Below, in pieces: positions 8,284-17,263 of a stretch of DNA of 64,000 nt. Position numbers and translations under genes: made by a program. This DNA comes from an uncultured Candidatus Rokubacteria bacterium (GTDB lineage Bacteria > Methylomirabilota > Methylomirabilia > Rokubacteriales > DASRDR01): contig CAWGVS010000006.1 of NCBI GenBank assembly GCA_963826115.1, forward strand, positions 832,001-896,000. Reading direction: 5' to 3'. The notes beneath the pieces are model-generated. The model did no database searches. It worked only from the letters and a program-made list of their open reading frames with translations, and was not told where the DNA came from. How positions within the stretch are numbered: position 1 is the first letter of the stretch; each line of letters starts with the position of its first letter.

Positions 8284-9387
8284 TCAGCGGATGCTGAAGA
8301 GCGGCGTGAGCGCCTTCTCGTCCACCGTGATCCCGAGGCCGGGGCGCCGCGACACCTCCGCCCAGCCGTCCTTCGGCTCGGGCGTGCCCTCGGCGATGCG
8401 CTCGTTGACGAGCATGTTGATCAGCATGCCGTTCAGGAGCGACTTCGCGGGCGTGCTGGCGGCGAGGTGGGCCATCGCCGCGGTGACGATGTCACCGCCT
8501 CCCGAGTCCTCCATGGTCACCGAGAGGCCCCACTGACGGCAGACGTCGCGGGCGAGCCGGATCCGGCTGATGCCGCCGAAGCGCGACAGCTTGAGCATCG
8601 CGCAGTCCATCGCGCGCGCCGACTGGGCGGTGAACAGGGCGTCGAGGTCGGTCAGCGTCTCGTCGAGGATCATCGGCCGCGCGGTGCGGCGGCGAATCGC
8701 GAGACACTCCTCGAGGGTGCGGCACGGCTGCTCGAGGTAGATCGGCTCGTCCTCGAGCGCGGCGATGAACTGGGCGGCCTCGTGCTGCTTCCAGTAGGCG
8801 TTGGCGTCGCAGATCACCACCTCCTGGTCGCGCAGGACGTCGAGGCACGCGCGCGCGCGCTTGACGTCCTCCTGCCAGTGCCCGCTGCCCACCTTCACCT
8901 GGAAGCGGCGGAAGCCCTGCTTGAGGAGCGCCTCGGCGTGGGCGCGCATCTTCTCCGGCCGATCCACGCCCACGACGTTGTAGAGGGGGAACCGCGGCTG
9001 GACCGTTCCCCCGAGGAGATCGCTGATCGGGAGACCGGTCGCCTGACCCAGGATGTCCCAGCAGGCGATGTCGATCGGCGACTTGGCGTAGGCGTGGCCG
9101 TACAGGACGGAGTCCATTCGCGCGTAGACGTCCTCGACCTGCCGCGGGTCCGCACCGATCAGGGCCGGCCCCATGAGCTGGATGCCGGCCCGCGCGCCCT
9201 CGGCGAACGCCAGCATGTAGGTCGGGCTGAACGGGCACTCCTCGCCCCAGCCCACCAGCCCCGCGTCGGTCGTGATCTTGACCAGCGTGGCGTGCTCGGC
9301 GCTCACCGTGCGGCCGCCGGACAGCGTCAGCGTGCCGCCGGGGATGGTGTAGTCGAAGCCGAAGACATCGATGCGCGCGATCTTCAC
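8284..9387 (-). CDS. Mandelate racemase/muconate lactonizing enzyme family protein (hydroxyproline-betaine epimerase / cis-3-hydroxyproline dehydratase-like)
   Basis: GWGE, FQVKVG, CDAN, LEQP, LDE metal ligands, LKLSRFGG. Confidence 0.88.
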   Translation of the reverse strand: MKIARIDVFGFDYTIPGGTLTLSGGRTVSAEHATLVKITTDAGLVGWGEECPFSPTYMLAFAEGARAGIQLMGPALIGADPRQVEDVYARMDSVLYGHAYAKSPIDIACWDILGQATGLPISDLLGGTVQPRFPLYNVVGVDRPEKMRAHAEALLKQGFRRFQVKVGSGHWQEDVKRARACLDVLRDQEVVICDANAYWKQHEAAQFIAALEDEPIYLEQPCRTLEECLAIRRRTARPMILDETLTDLDALFTAQSARAMDCAMLKLSRFGGISRIRLARDVCRQWGLSVTMEDSGGGDIVTAAMAHLAASTPAKSLLNGMLINMLVNERIAEGTPEPKDGWAEVSRRPGLGITVDEKALTPLFSIR

Positions 9388-9525
9388 GGGCCGCTTCCCT
9401 TCGGGGCCGGCGGTGCGTTGCGTCCAGCCCGCCCGAGCATCCGGGCAAAGGCCTGGCCCGTCAAGAGCCGGAGAGCCCGCCGGGCGGCGGCGCCGGCCGC
9501 CAGAGCCGGGTGGGATCCTCGCCGG

Positions 9526-9996
9526 TCAGGCCGCCCGATCGCCTTCGGACGCCTGGCGCTCCGGCGAACCGAGAATCGGCACCGCGCTCCGGACCGCCGC
9601 GTGGAGAAGGTCGAGGTCGAAGGGCTTCATGAAGGTCGCGACGACCCCGTGCTCGGCTGCCACCTCCTCGACCGGGCGCCCGGCGTACTCCTCGGCGCCG
9701 GTCATGACGATGACGGGCACGTCGGGATAGAGGCGGCGGAGCGCGCGGACCAGCCCGAAGCCGTCGAGGCGCGGCATCTCGACGTCCGTCACCACGACGT
9801 CCGGCACCCACGCCTCCGCCAGGGCGAGCGCTTCCTGGCCGTCCCCGGCAGCCAGGACTCGAAGCGAATCCTCGGCGAGGGACTCCCGGCAGAGCTCCCG
9901 GATGACCCGCTCGTTGTCCACGAGGAGCACGACGGGCGCGAAATCGAGGGACGAGCCACTGCGGACTGGAGACGTCCGCGGGACTGGCGGAGTCAT
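9526..9996 (-). CDS. Single-domain response regulator (receiver)
   Basis: VLLVDN, VVTDVEMPRLDG, IVMTG, FMKPFD; GAGGAGG RBS upstream. Confidence 0.85.
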   Translation of the reverse strand: MTPPVPRTSPVRSGSSLDFAPVVLLVDNERVIRELCRESLAEDSLRVLAAGDGQEALALAEAWVPDVVVTDVEMPRLDGFGLVRALRRLYPDVPVIVMTGAEEYAGRPVEEVAAEHGVVATFMKPFDLDLLHAAVRSAVPILGSPERQASEGDRAA

Positions 9997-10036
9997 CGCG
10001 CCTCCTCGCGTGAGGGTGGCGGATCGGGACGGAGCG

Positions 10037-10171
10037 TCACACGCACGCCGCGTGGCCGCAGCCGCAGGGCTCGTGCTGCCCGTGGAGCGCGTGGAGCCGC
10101 TCGCACTCCGGGCTGCAGAAGGGATGCCCGGCCTCGACCGGGCACTGGCACTCGGTGTGTCGACAGTTCAT
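10037..10171 (-). CDS. Metallothionein-like Cys/His-rich small protein (44 aa)
   Basis: GGAGGAG RBS then MNCRHTECQCPVEAGHPFCSPECERLHALHGQHEPCGCGHAACV; 8 Cys and 6 His. Confidence 0.7.
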   Translation of the reverse strand: MNCRHTECQCPVEAGHPFCSPECERLHALHGQHEPCGCGHAACV

Positions 10172-10226
10172 GGACACTCCTCCAGGCGGCGCTCGCGAGG
10201 GCCCCGCCCGCTGGCGCGCGATGGCG

Positions 10227-10535
10227 CTACGCCGTTTCGGATCGGGTCGCCGCCAGCGGCGTGACCTTGGGGTACCGGGGACCGACGGCCCGGAGTACGA
10301 CCTCCGCCGGGCGGCGGTCGCTGGCTCCGGCTGCGCCGAGACCACGGAGGGCGATCCCCTTCGACCGCAGCTGGGCGAGCGCCAGATCGGGTGAGGCGAC
10401 CCCCAGGCGCAGCGGGGTCATCTGCTCCACGAGGCGCGCCTTCTCCACGGCGAGCGCGTGCTGGCGCTCGGAGATCTCGGCGAGCCGGCGCTCGATCACC
10501 TCGACGAGGGCCTCGGCACGGGTCTGTGTCTCCAT
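10227..10535 (-). CDS. Hypothetical protein with N-terminal coiled coil
   Basis: GGAGG RBS before ATG 10535; METQTRAEALVEVIERRLAEISERQHALAVEKARLVEQM. Confidence 0.6.
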   Translation of the reverse strand: METQTRAEALVEVIERRLAEISERQHALAVEKARLVEQMTPLRLGVASPDLALAQLRSKGIALRGLGAAGASDRRPAEVVLRAVGPRYPKVTPLAATRSETA

Positions 10536-10606
10536 GACGTCAACCTCCGTCGGCCGGCAGCGGCCGGTCGGACGCCCGGGCGCGGTCCGGGCAGGGAAGG
10601 CCGGGG

Positions 10607-11056
10607 TCACCACGCCGGAGGACAGGCGAGATGCCAGCGGGCGCTCTCGCGAACCACGACGGGGTCCTCGGCCAGGAGCGGACCCTCGCAGTACCCGCAG
10701 CGAGGGCCCGGCATCGACTGGACGCCGAGGGCCGTGAAGTACGCCCCGAGATGCGTCGCCCTGTCGACGAGCCGGCCCCGGAGGAGCGCCTCCAGCGCCG
10801 AGCGGAGGAGGTTCCGCACCCGGGTTCGGGCCACCGGGTCGCCGAGGGCGCGCTCCAGCGGCCGCCGGGGGAGAAGGACCGACGTCGACATCTCACGCGG
10901 CGCGTGGAGACTGATCGCGTACCGGTCCTCGGGGGCGAGGAGTGTGCACTCCAGGATGTCGGCCCGTCCACGGAGCTCCCGCAGGAGCGTCACGACCAGG
11001 AACAGGAGTGGCGCGGGATCGACGATGGAGCCGCGGGGCGACGATAGCGCGCTCAT
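10607..11056 (-). CDS. Hypothetical protein with C-terminal C-x2-C-x18-H-x2-C zinc finger
   Basis: AAGGAGG RBS; ends CGYCEGPLLAEDPVVVRESARWHLACPPAW. Confidence 0.6.
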   Translation of the reverse strand: MSALSSPRGSIVDPAPLLFLVVTLLRELRGRADILECTLLAPEDRYAISLHAPREMSTSVLLPRRPLERALGDPVARTRVRNLLRSALEALLRGRLVDRATHLGAYFTALGVQSMPGPRCGYCEGPLLAEDPVVVRESARWHLACPPAW

Positions 11057-11091
11057 GGGTCACGGTCCCTCCTTGCGCACGCGCTGCTCGG

Positions 11092-11107
11092 TGCAAGCTT
11101 CACGCCG
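11092..11107 (-). promoter_or_regulatory. Candidate sigma54 -24/-12 promoter for the small-gene cluster
   Basis: Minus strand CGGCGT-GAAGC-TTGCA, correct GG-N10-GC spacing, just upstream of the RBS of 11056. Confidence 0.5.
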
Positions 11108-11292
11108 CGGTCGTGCCGATGACGTGGGAGCATCACCGGCGATTGGGACGCACACGGAGCCGCGTCGAAGGCGACGGCGAGCGGGCTGGGGCCGCGCGAA
11201 ATCACGGCGGCCCGTCGTCATCCTGTCGCCGCGGCGTCACCCTGACGGCGCGCCACCCGGCGCAGGGAGACCTCCACGTCGCGCGGCGGGCC

Positions 11293-11308
11293 TGGCAACG
11301 CCCTTGCT
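11293..11308 (+). promoter_or_regulatory. Candidate sigma54 -24/-12 promoter for topoisomerase IB
   Basis: TGGCAA-CGCCC-TTGCT, 14 nt before ATG 11323. Confidence 0.5.
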
Positions 11309-11322
11309 CCTGGATCGCCACC

Positions 11323-12453
11323 ATGAAGGACGCCCCGGCCTCCGGATCCCTCGCGGCTGCGGAAGCGGCGTCGCTCCGGTACGTGAGCGACGGCGTCCCC
11401 GGGATCGCGCGCGTCCGGACCAGGCGGGGGTTCCGCTATCGGGCGCCCGACGGGACGCCGGTCCGCGACCTCGCGGCGCGCCGCCGGATCCGGGCCCTCG
11501 CGATCCCCCCAGCGTGGACGGAGGTCTGGATCTGCCCCTCGGCCCAAGGGCACATCCAGGCGGTGGGCCGGGACGCCCGGGGGCGGAAGCAGTACCGCTA
11601 CCACCCGCGCTGGCGGGAAACGCGGGACGCGACCAAGTACGGTCGCCTCCTTCTGTTCGCCGAGCGGCTGCCGGCCATCCGGCGGCGGGTTGCCGCGGAC
11701 CTCGCCCGGCCCGGGCTGCCTCGCGAGAAGGTTCTGGCGACGGTGGTGCGTCTCCTCGAGACATCCCTGATTCGCGTCGGCAACGCCGAGTACACGACAG
11801 CGAACGGCTCGTACGGCCTCACGACCCTCAGGAACCGGCACGTCCGGGTCGCCGGGGCGACCCTCCGCTTCGAGTTCCGCGGCAAGGGGGGCAAGCCGCA
11901 CGTCGTGGACGTGGCCGATCGGCGCCTGGCTCGGATCGTCCGGCAGTGCCAGGAGCTGCCCGGGCACGAGCTCTTCCAGTACGTGGACGGTGACGGCCAG
12001 ACGCACACCATCGCGTCGGGCGACGTGAATGCCTACCTCCGCGAGATCGGGGGGGAGGAGTTCACCGCCAAGGACTTCCGCACGTGGGCGGGCACGGTCC
12101 TGGCCGCGCGCGCGCTCCGGGATGAGGGGGCGGTCCCTGCGCGGGCCGCGATGCGGAAGGTCGCGGAAGCCATCCGGGCGGTGGCGACGCGACTCGGCAA
12201 CACGGCGACAGTGTGTCGCCGGTGCTACGTCCACCCCGGCGTCATCGAGGCCTATCTCGGGGGGACGCTCGGCCGGCCCGCCCGGGGCGCGAACCCCCGT
12301 GGTCTCGACGTGGACGAGCGCGCCGTCCTTCCACTCTTGCGGGCCTGCGCGCGCGGGGAGGCCAGGAACGGGGTCGGAGCTTCTCGGGTCGCTCGTCCGG
12401 TGTCGACGTCCTTGGCGGCGACAGAGGCTGGTAGAGGACGTCCCGGCTCCTGA
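11323..12453 (+). CDS. DNA topoisomerase IB (bacterial, poxvirus-like)
   Basis: LRYVSD, IPPAWTEVWI, GRKQYRYH, IRVGNAEY, YGLTTLR, FRGKGGK, FTAKDFRTW, LGNTATVCRRCYVHP (catalytic R-K-R-N-Y). Confidence 0.93.
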   Translation: MKDAPASGSLAAAEAASLRYVSDGVPGIARVRTRRGFRYRAPDGTPVRDLAARRRIRALAIPPAWTEVWICPSAQGHIQAVGRDARGRKQYRYHPRWRETRDATKYGRLLLFAERLPAIRRRVAADLARPGLPREKVLATVVRLLETSLIRVGNAEYTTANGSYGLTTLRNRHVRVAGATLRFEFRGKGGKPHVVDVADRRLARIVRQCQELPGHELFQYVDGDGQTHTIASGDVNAYLREIGGEEFTAKDFRTWAGTVLAARALRDEGAVPARAAMRKVAEAIRAVATRLGNTATVCRRCYVHPGVIEAYLGGTLGRPARGANPRGLDVDERAVLPLLRACARGEARNGVGASRVARPVSTSLAATEAGRGRPGS

Positions 12454-12778
12454 GATTGAGCCTGCTCCAGGGGCGCACCATGCTCCGGGTCGCGGCCGGC
12501 TGTCCGATGGTCGACCGGCTCAGCACTTCCGACGGCGAGACGCTCGGTGTCCCGGTCCCGGCGGGCGTGCGACCGTCATCATCCAGCGAGGGCTTAGCGA
12601 CTCGGGCGTGTAGCCATCGGGGCCCGGCCTGTGCGCGGCTCGTCGAGCGCGCCGCCGGCGCCGTCCGGGTGGAACGACCTCGGCGTCGCGATACCCGCTC
12701 GGGAAACGCCGGACATCCTCCGGAAAACATTGTTGAAACTGGGAGGCGTCGAAGCCTCGAGACTGTACCCGGCGACGG

Positions 12779-13510
12779 TCACCGGAGGTTGGACACCATC
12801 AAAGCGATGCCCGACCCGAGCAGCAGCCACAGGACCACCAACCGGAACTGCCGGTCGTTCACGCGGCCGTAGAGCCGGATGCCGAGGAACGCGCCGAGGA
12901 ACGTCGCCGGAAGACAGACGAGCGCGAAATTCCACACCTGGCGCGTGAGCACGCCCTGGGCCGCGTAGACGCAGAGGACTACGCCGAGGATCGCGAGGTT
13001 GAACGGCTGGTACACGCCGCGCTGCGTGTCGGCGCTCCAGCCCCGCAGCCCGCACCAGATGGTCGGCAGCGGACCGGAGAGACCCGCCACGCCGCCGAGC
13101 GCCCCGCCGCCGAAACCCACCAGGCCGTCCGCGACCTTCCCGCCGGCCGACACGGTCGGGAATCGCCGGAGCGCGAGGGTCAGCCCCGTGTAGCCCACCA
13201 GCAGCACGCCGAGGAACACCTTGAGCACCCGCGGCTCGACCATGCGGAGCGCGGCTACCCCGAGCGGCACGCCCAGCACGCCGCCGACCAGGAACGGCCA
13301 GGCGCGCGACCACGCCACGGCCCGCCGCACGGCATAGAGGGACTGGAGCTGCCCGGCCACCGAGCACACCACCACCAGCGCCGCGGCGACGGCCGGGCTC
13401 ACGACGTGGAGCCAGAGGCCGAGGGCGGTCAGGCCCGTGCCGAATCCGGCGAGTCCGGTGACGAAGCCCCCGCAGAGGGCGCCGAGGGCAAGGACCACGA
13501 GGGTGGTCAC
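12779..13510 (-). CDS. Sulfite exporter TauE/SafE family membrane protein
   Basis: [11 protein letters not shown], multiple hydrophobic helices, GGVAGLSGP; GTG overlaps upstream stop. Confidence 0.85.
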   Translation of the reverse strand: MTTLVVLALGALCGGFVTGLAGFGTGLTALGLWLHVVSPAVAAALVVVCSVAGQLQSLYAVRRAVAWSRAWPFLVGGVLGVPLGVAALRMVEPRVLKVFLGVLLVGYTGLTLALRRFPTVSAGGKVADGLVGFGGGALGGVAGLSGPLPTIWCGLRGWSADTQRGVYQPFNLAILGVVLCVYAAQGVLTRQVWNFALVCLPATFLGAFLGIRLYGRVNDRQFRLVVLWLLLGSGIALMVSNLR

Positions 13511-13965
13511 GAGCCGGGGGATCGGCGGGGCGCGAGCAGGCGGTCGAGCTGGTTCGCGAAGGCGCGCGTGTCGCTCGGGCTCCACGACGCCGGCCCGCCC
13601 GTCGGCACGCCGCTCGATCGGAGCTCGGCCATGAGGTTCCGCACCGCCAGCCGCTCGGGGATGCTCTCCGCGGTGTAGAGCATTCCACGCGGGTCGAGGG
13701 CGTGCGCGCCGCGCGCCACGACCTCGGCGGCGAGCGGGATGTCGGCCGTCACGACGATGTCGCCCGCCGCCACCTGGTCCACGATCTCGCGGTCGGCCAC
13801 GTCGAAGCCGCGCCGGACGCGCATGGTGCGGATCAGCGGCGACGCCGGCGTCTGGAGCGGCGTGTTGGCCACGAGGACCATCGGGGTCCGGGTGCGCTCC
13901 GCCGCGCGATACAGGATCTCCTTGATCGGTCGCGGACAGGCGTCGGCGTCGACCCAGATCTGCAC
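13507..13965 (-). CDS. yaiI: YaiI/YqxD (UPF0178) family protein
   Basis: [37 protein letters not shown]. Confidence 0.9.
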   Translation of the reverse strand: MQIWVDADACPRPIKEILYRAAERTRTPMVLVANTPLQTPASPLIRTMRVRRGFDVADREIVDQVAAGDIVVTADIPLAAEVVARGAHALDPRGMLYTAESIPERLAVRNLMAELRSSGVPTGGPASWSPSDTRAFANQLDRLLAPRRSPGS

Positions 13966-14000
13966 GCTAGCCCGGGGTCCGGCGTCTGCGCGGGCCGGGG

Positions 14001-14381
14001 TCAGCAGCGCGTGACGTGCGCCGACACGGCGAGCCAGCGGCCACCACGTCGCGCCCACACGTCCGTGTAGCGCCCGGCGCCGGCGCCGCCGTCCGGGCGG
14101 GTGTAGCTCGTGCGCGCGTGGATGATCGCGACGTCGCCCATGAGGCGGATCTGGACGTCGTGGGACTCGAGGTTCCGGATCGCCACGGGCCGCGCCGTCT
14201 GCTCGAGGAAGGCGCGGCGGCCGACGAGCGTGCCATCGGGGTTACTGCAGAGGAAGTCGTCGGACAGGATCTCGTCGAACCGGCGGACGTCCGAGGTCTG
14301 CACGGAGTGGATGTAGTCGCGGTTGAGGGTGAACAGGGTGTCGTGGTCGGACTTCGCGGCGACGGTCGTGCCGGTCTGCAT
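14001..14381 (-). CDS. NTF2-like (DUF4440) protein
   Basis: AAGGAG RBS; [35 protein letters not shown]. Confidence 0.85.
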   Translation of the reverse strand: MQTGTTVAAKSDHDTLFTLNRDYIHSVQTSDVRRFDEILSDDFLCSNPDGTLVGRRAFLEQTARPVAIRNLESHDVQIRLMGDVAIIHARTSYTRPDGGAGAGRYTDVWARRGGRWLAVSAHVTRC

Positions 14382-14428
14382 CGCATCTCTCCTTCCAGGC
14401 GCGGAGCGGGGGGTCGCGCCCCGTCCGT

Positions 14429-15511
14429 TCACCGTGCCGGGCTGACCAGGATCTTGAGGTGGTCCTGCCCCGGGGTCGTGAGGGCCTCGAAGCCGCCGCG
14501 CACGACCTCGGCGAGCGGGATGCGGGCGGTCACCAGCGGCAGCCCCCGGACGCGCCCGTCAGCGAGGAGGCGGACCGCGGCAGGGAGGTCCTCGTCGTAG
14601 TGGTGCTGGATCGTGCCGATCACGGTCTTCTCGCCGACTATGAGATCCAGGGTGTCGACCGGCACCTCGCCGCCGGTGAGGCCGATGAGTACGATCCGCC
14701 CGCCCTTCCTCGCCATGCGGATCGCGAGGCTCGCGGTGTCGGGGCGGCCCGCGCACTCGAACACGACGTCGGGGCCGAGGCCGCCGGCGAGCCGGCGGAG
14801 CTCCTCCATCCAGCCGGGGTCGGCGGGATCCAGCACGGCCTCCGCGCCCAGCTCGAGCGCGAGCGCGCGACGCGACGCGCGGGGCTCGACGAGGATGACC
14901 GCGCCGGCCCCGGCGGCCCGGCTCACCTGAAGGGTGAGGAGCCCGATCGGCCCTCCGCCCAGGATCCCCACGACGTCTCCCAGTCGCGGCGGCGCCTTGT
15001 TGACGGCGCGCACGGCGCACTCCGTCGGCTCGATCAGGGCGGCCTCGGCGTCGGAGAGGGAGTCCGGCAGCCGGGCGCAGGCGAAGGCCGGCACCGTCAC
15101 GTACTCGGCGAGCCCGCCGTCGGTGTGGAGGCCGATCGTCGCCCACTTCTCGCAGAGGGCGTACTGGTGGCGCCGGCAGAACTCGCAGGCGTTGCAGAAG
15201 AGCACGATGTCCGGCGCGACCCGGTCGCCTTCCCGGAGGCCGCGCACGCCCGGGCCGAGGGCGGCGACCACGCCGGTGAACTCGTGGCCCATCGTGAGCG
15301 GCGCCCGCCGGCCGGTCAGCGCGTGCGGCCGGTCGGCGGGAATGACCAGCGGGCCGTGGCGGTACTCCTCGAGGTCGGTCCCGCAGATCCCGCAGAAGCT
15401 GACCCGGAGGAGGATCTCGCCCTCACCGGGCGCCGGGACCGGCACGTCCTCGACCCGCACGTCGCGCCGGCCGTGCCACCGCGCGGCCTTCACGGGCGGC
15501 TTCCGCGGCAC
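14429..15511 (-). CDS. Zn-dependent alcohol dehydrogenase (2,3-butanediol dehydrogenase-like)
   Basis: CGICGTD, GHE, CNACEFC...C, GGGPIG; start may be GTG 15493. Confidence 0.9.
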   Translation of the reverse strand: MPRKPPVKAARWHGRRDVRVEDVPVPAPGEGEILLRVSFCGICGTDLEEYRHGPLVIPADRPHALTGRRAPLTMGHEFTGVVAALGPGVRGLREGDRVAPDIVLFCNACEFCRRHQYALCEKWATIGLHTDGGLAEYVTVPAFACARLPDSLSDAEAALIEPTECAVRAVNKAPPRLGDVVGILGGGPIGLLTLQVSRAAGAGAVILVEPRASRRALALELGAEAVLDPADPGWMEELRRLAGGLGPDVVFECAGRPDTASLAIRMARKGGRIVLIGLTGGEVPVDTLDLIVGEKTVIGTIQHHYDEDLPAAVRLLADGRVRGLPLVTARIPLAEVVRGGFEALTTPGQDHLKILVSPAR

Positions 15512-15559
15512 GCGCGCCGCCAGGCGTCGAACGCGCCGCTCACCGTGGCCTCGGCGCCG

Positions 15560-16132
15560 TCACGGGTGCTCGACACAGATCGCCCAGAAGGGCGCCGTGC
15601 CGATGTTCCGGATCTCGTGGACCATGACCTGGGGCGCCCAGTGGGCGCCGCCCGACGGGAACCGGTCCTCGCGGCTGTCGCCGCTCGGGAACCGCTGCAC
15701 GGCGTGGGCGCCCGTGAGCGGGATGATCAGCCGCGGCGCGTGGCTGTGCATCGGTCGCACGTGCCCCGGGCCCAGGATCTCCTCGTAGACGCAGACGCGG
15801 TCGTTCCGGAAGAGGGTCTTGTCGCCGAAGGTGCGCGCGACGCCGGGCGCGGATGGGAGCGTCCGAAGCTCCACGAGAAGGGCCTCGCCGAACCCCGGCC
15901 CGTGTACCTGGGCCGAGAGCTCGCCGCCCTCCAGCCAGTCGACGCGCCCGCGCGCGACCGGGAAGTAGCGCTCCCCGCCGCCGCCCAGGTGGAACAGCGA
16001 GCCGGTCCCGTCCTGGACGCCGACCAGCATCGCGGCGCCGTGGCGGGCGTGGCGGCCGCTGGCCGTCCCCGCCGAGGCGTCGTCGATCCGCGTCACGAGC
16101 ACCGCGTCGTTGTCGAGCACCGTGGGAAACAT
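15560..16132 (-). CDS. Cupin-like protein (two-domain)
   Basis: GAGGAGG RBS; LFRNDRVCVYEEILGPGHVRPMHSH...HEIRNIG. Confidence 0.7.
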   Translation of the reverse strand: MFPTVLDNDAVLVTRIDDASAGTASGRHARHGAAMLVGVQDGTGSLFHLGGGGERYFPVARGRVDWLEGGELSAQVHGPGFGEALLVELRTLPSAPGVARTFGDKTLFRNDRVCVYEEILGPGHVRPMHSHAPRLIIPLTGAHAVQRFPSGDSREDRFPSGGAHWAPQVMVHEIRNIGTAPFWAICVEHP

Positions 16133-16198
16133 GCGCCCTCCTCGTCCGGAACACTACCACCGACGGCGGCAGGGCGGGCGCCCCGCCGCGGCGTCCGC

Positions 16199-16558
16199 TC
16201 AACAGTCGAAGACGTGCTCGACCGTGACGCCGGCGCCCTCGACCGCGCGGATGGTCGCGGCGAGGTCCGCCACGGGGACGTCGAGACCGACGCGCCGCCG
16301 GCCTCCCCCGGCCTGGACGGGCTGCTCGAAGAGCGGGCGCGCGTCGGGGAGCGGCGGGAGCGGACCCTCGGGCGCGAGGACCGTGACCGGGATCCGGCCG
16401 TTCCCGGCGATCTCCGCGACGTCGCGGCCGCGGCGGGCGAGACCGACCAGGACCTCGGTGAAGGCCTGGTAGCGCGGCGTGAGGACGAGCGTCCGGGCGC
16501 CCCCGAGATCGCGGAGGATCTTGATGCGCGGGTCGGCGGCGCCGTCGGCGCCGTCAAG
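16199..16558 (-). pseudogene. Start-less open frame, probable 3' remnant of a hypothetical gene
   Basis: Not in ORF track; LDGADGAADPRIKILRDLGGARTLVLTPRYQAFTEVLVGLARRGRDVAEIAGNGRIPVTVLAP...TVEHVFDC* with host-like G/C third positions; no in-frame start in the ~150 nt upstream that I read. Confidence 0.5.
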
Positions 16559-16668
16559 TTTTCGGGATCGGCGCCGCCCGGGAGAGCAGCGGCGTCGGGA
16601 TCCGCGATTTTTCTTCCGTTTCCGGCGCCGCCCTGCGGAAGTGTTCGGCAGGGAGGGGAGGCGACCCG

Positions 16669-17229
16669 ATGGACTGCCCGACGTGCCGGTCGGCCAATCC
16701 CGACGACGCGGCCGAGTGCGGCCGCTGCGGCGCGCCCCTCCGGGTGCGAGCCTCGCGGCCTCGGCCGCTCGCGGCCTTCCCCGCCGTCGGCGCGCACATC
16801 GAAGGCTGGCTGATCGCGGGCCCGCTGGTCATCACCGACGAGGCGCTCCTCTTCTTCGTTCGCGAGATGCGGAACACCCGCGCGAACTTCACCCAGGCCG
16901 GCGTTCGGTCGGGAGGTCTGGTCGGCCTCGCGATCGGCGCCCTCGTCGACAGCGCGCGGGGACGCTACGATCTCCCGGAGAAGGTCTCGATGCGCCCGAC
17001 GGCGGAGGTGCTGGACGAGATCCGCGCCGCGGTGGCCGACGCGCCGGACATCCCGTCCTGCCGGGAGCACTTCCGGATCGAGCGCGCCGACGTCCGGAAG
17101 ATCTCCCGGGCGACGCTGGGCGGCTTGAAGGTGGAGACGGCCTGGCTGTCCTTCCGGGTCGACGGTTTCGACCGCGTCGACCGCGCCTCGGGCTTCCTGA
17201 AGCTCCGGCGCTATCCGGTGGAGGCGTAG
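16669..17229 (+). CDS. Zinc-ribbon domain protein
   Basis: GGAGG RBS; MDCPTCRSANPDDAAECGRCGAPL; glycine-zipper-like GGLVGLAIGA. Confidence 0.75.
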   Translation: MDCPTCRSANPDDAAECGRCGAPLRVRASRPRPLAAFPAVGAHIEGWLIAGPLVITDEALLFFVREMRNTRANFTQAGVRSGGLVGLAIGALVDSARGRYDLPEKVSMRPTAEVLDEIRAAVADAPDIPSCREHFRIERADVRKISRATLGGLKVETAWLSFRVDGFDRVDRASGFLKLRRYPVEA

Positions 17230-17263
17230 CGCCGGCTTCCGCGCGCGGCGTCGTTCGCGGCGG

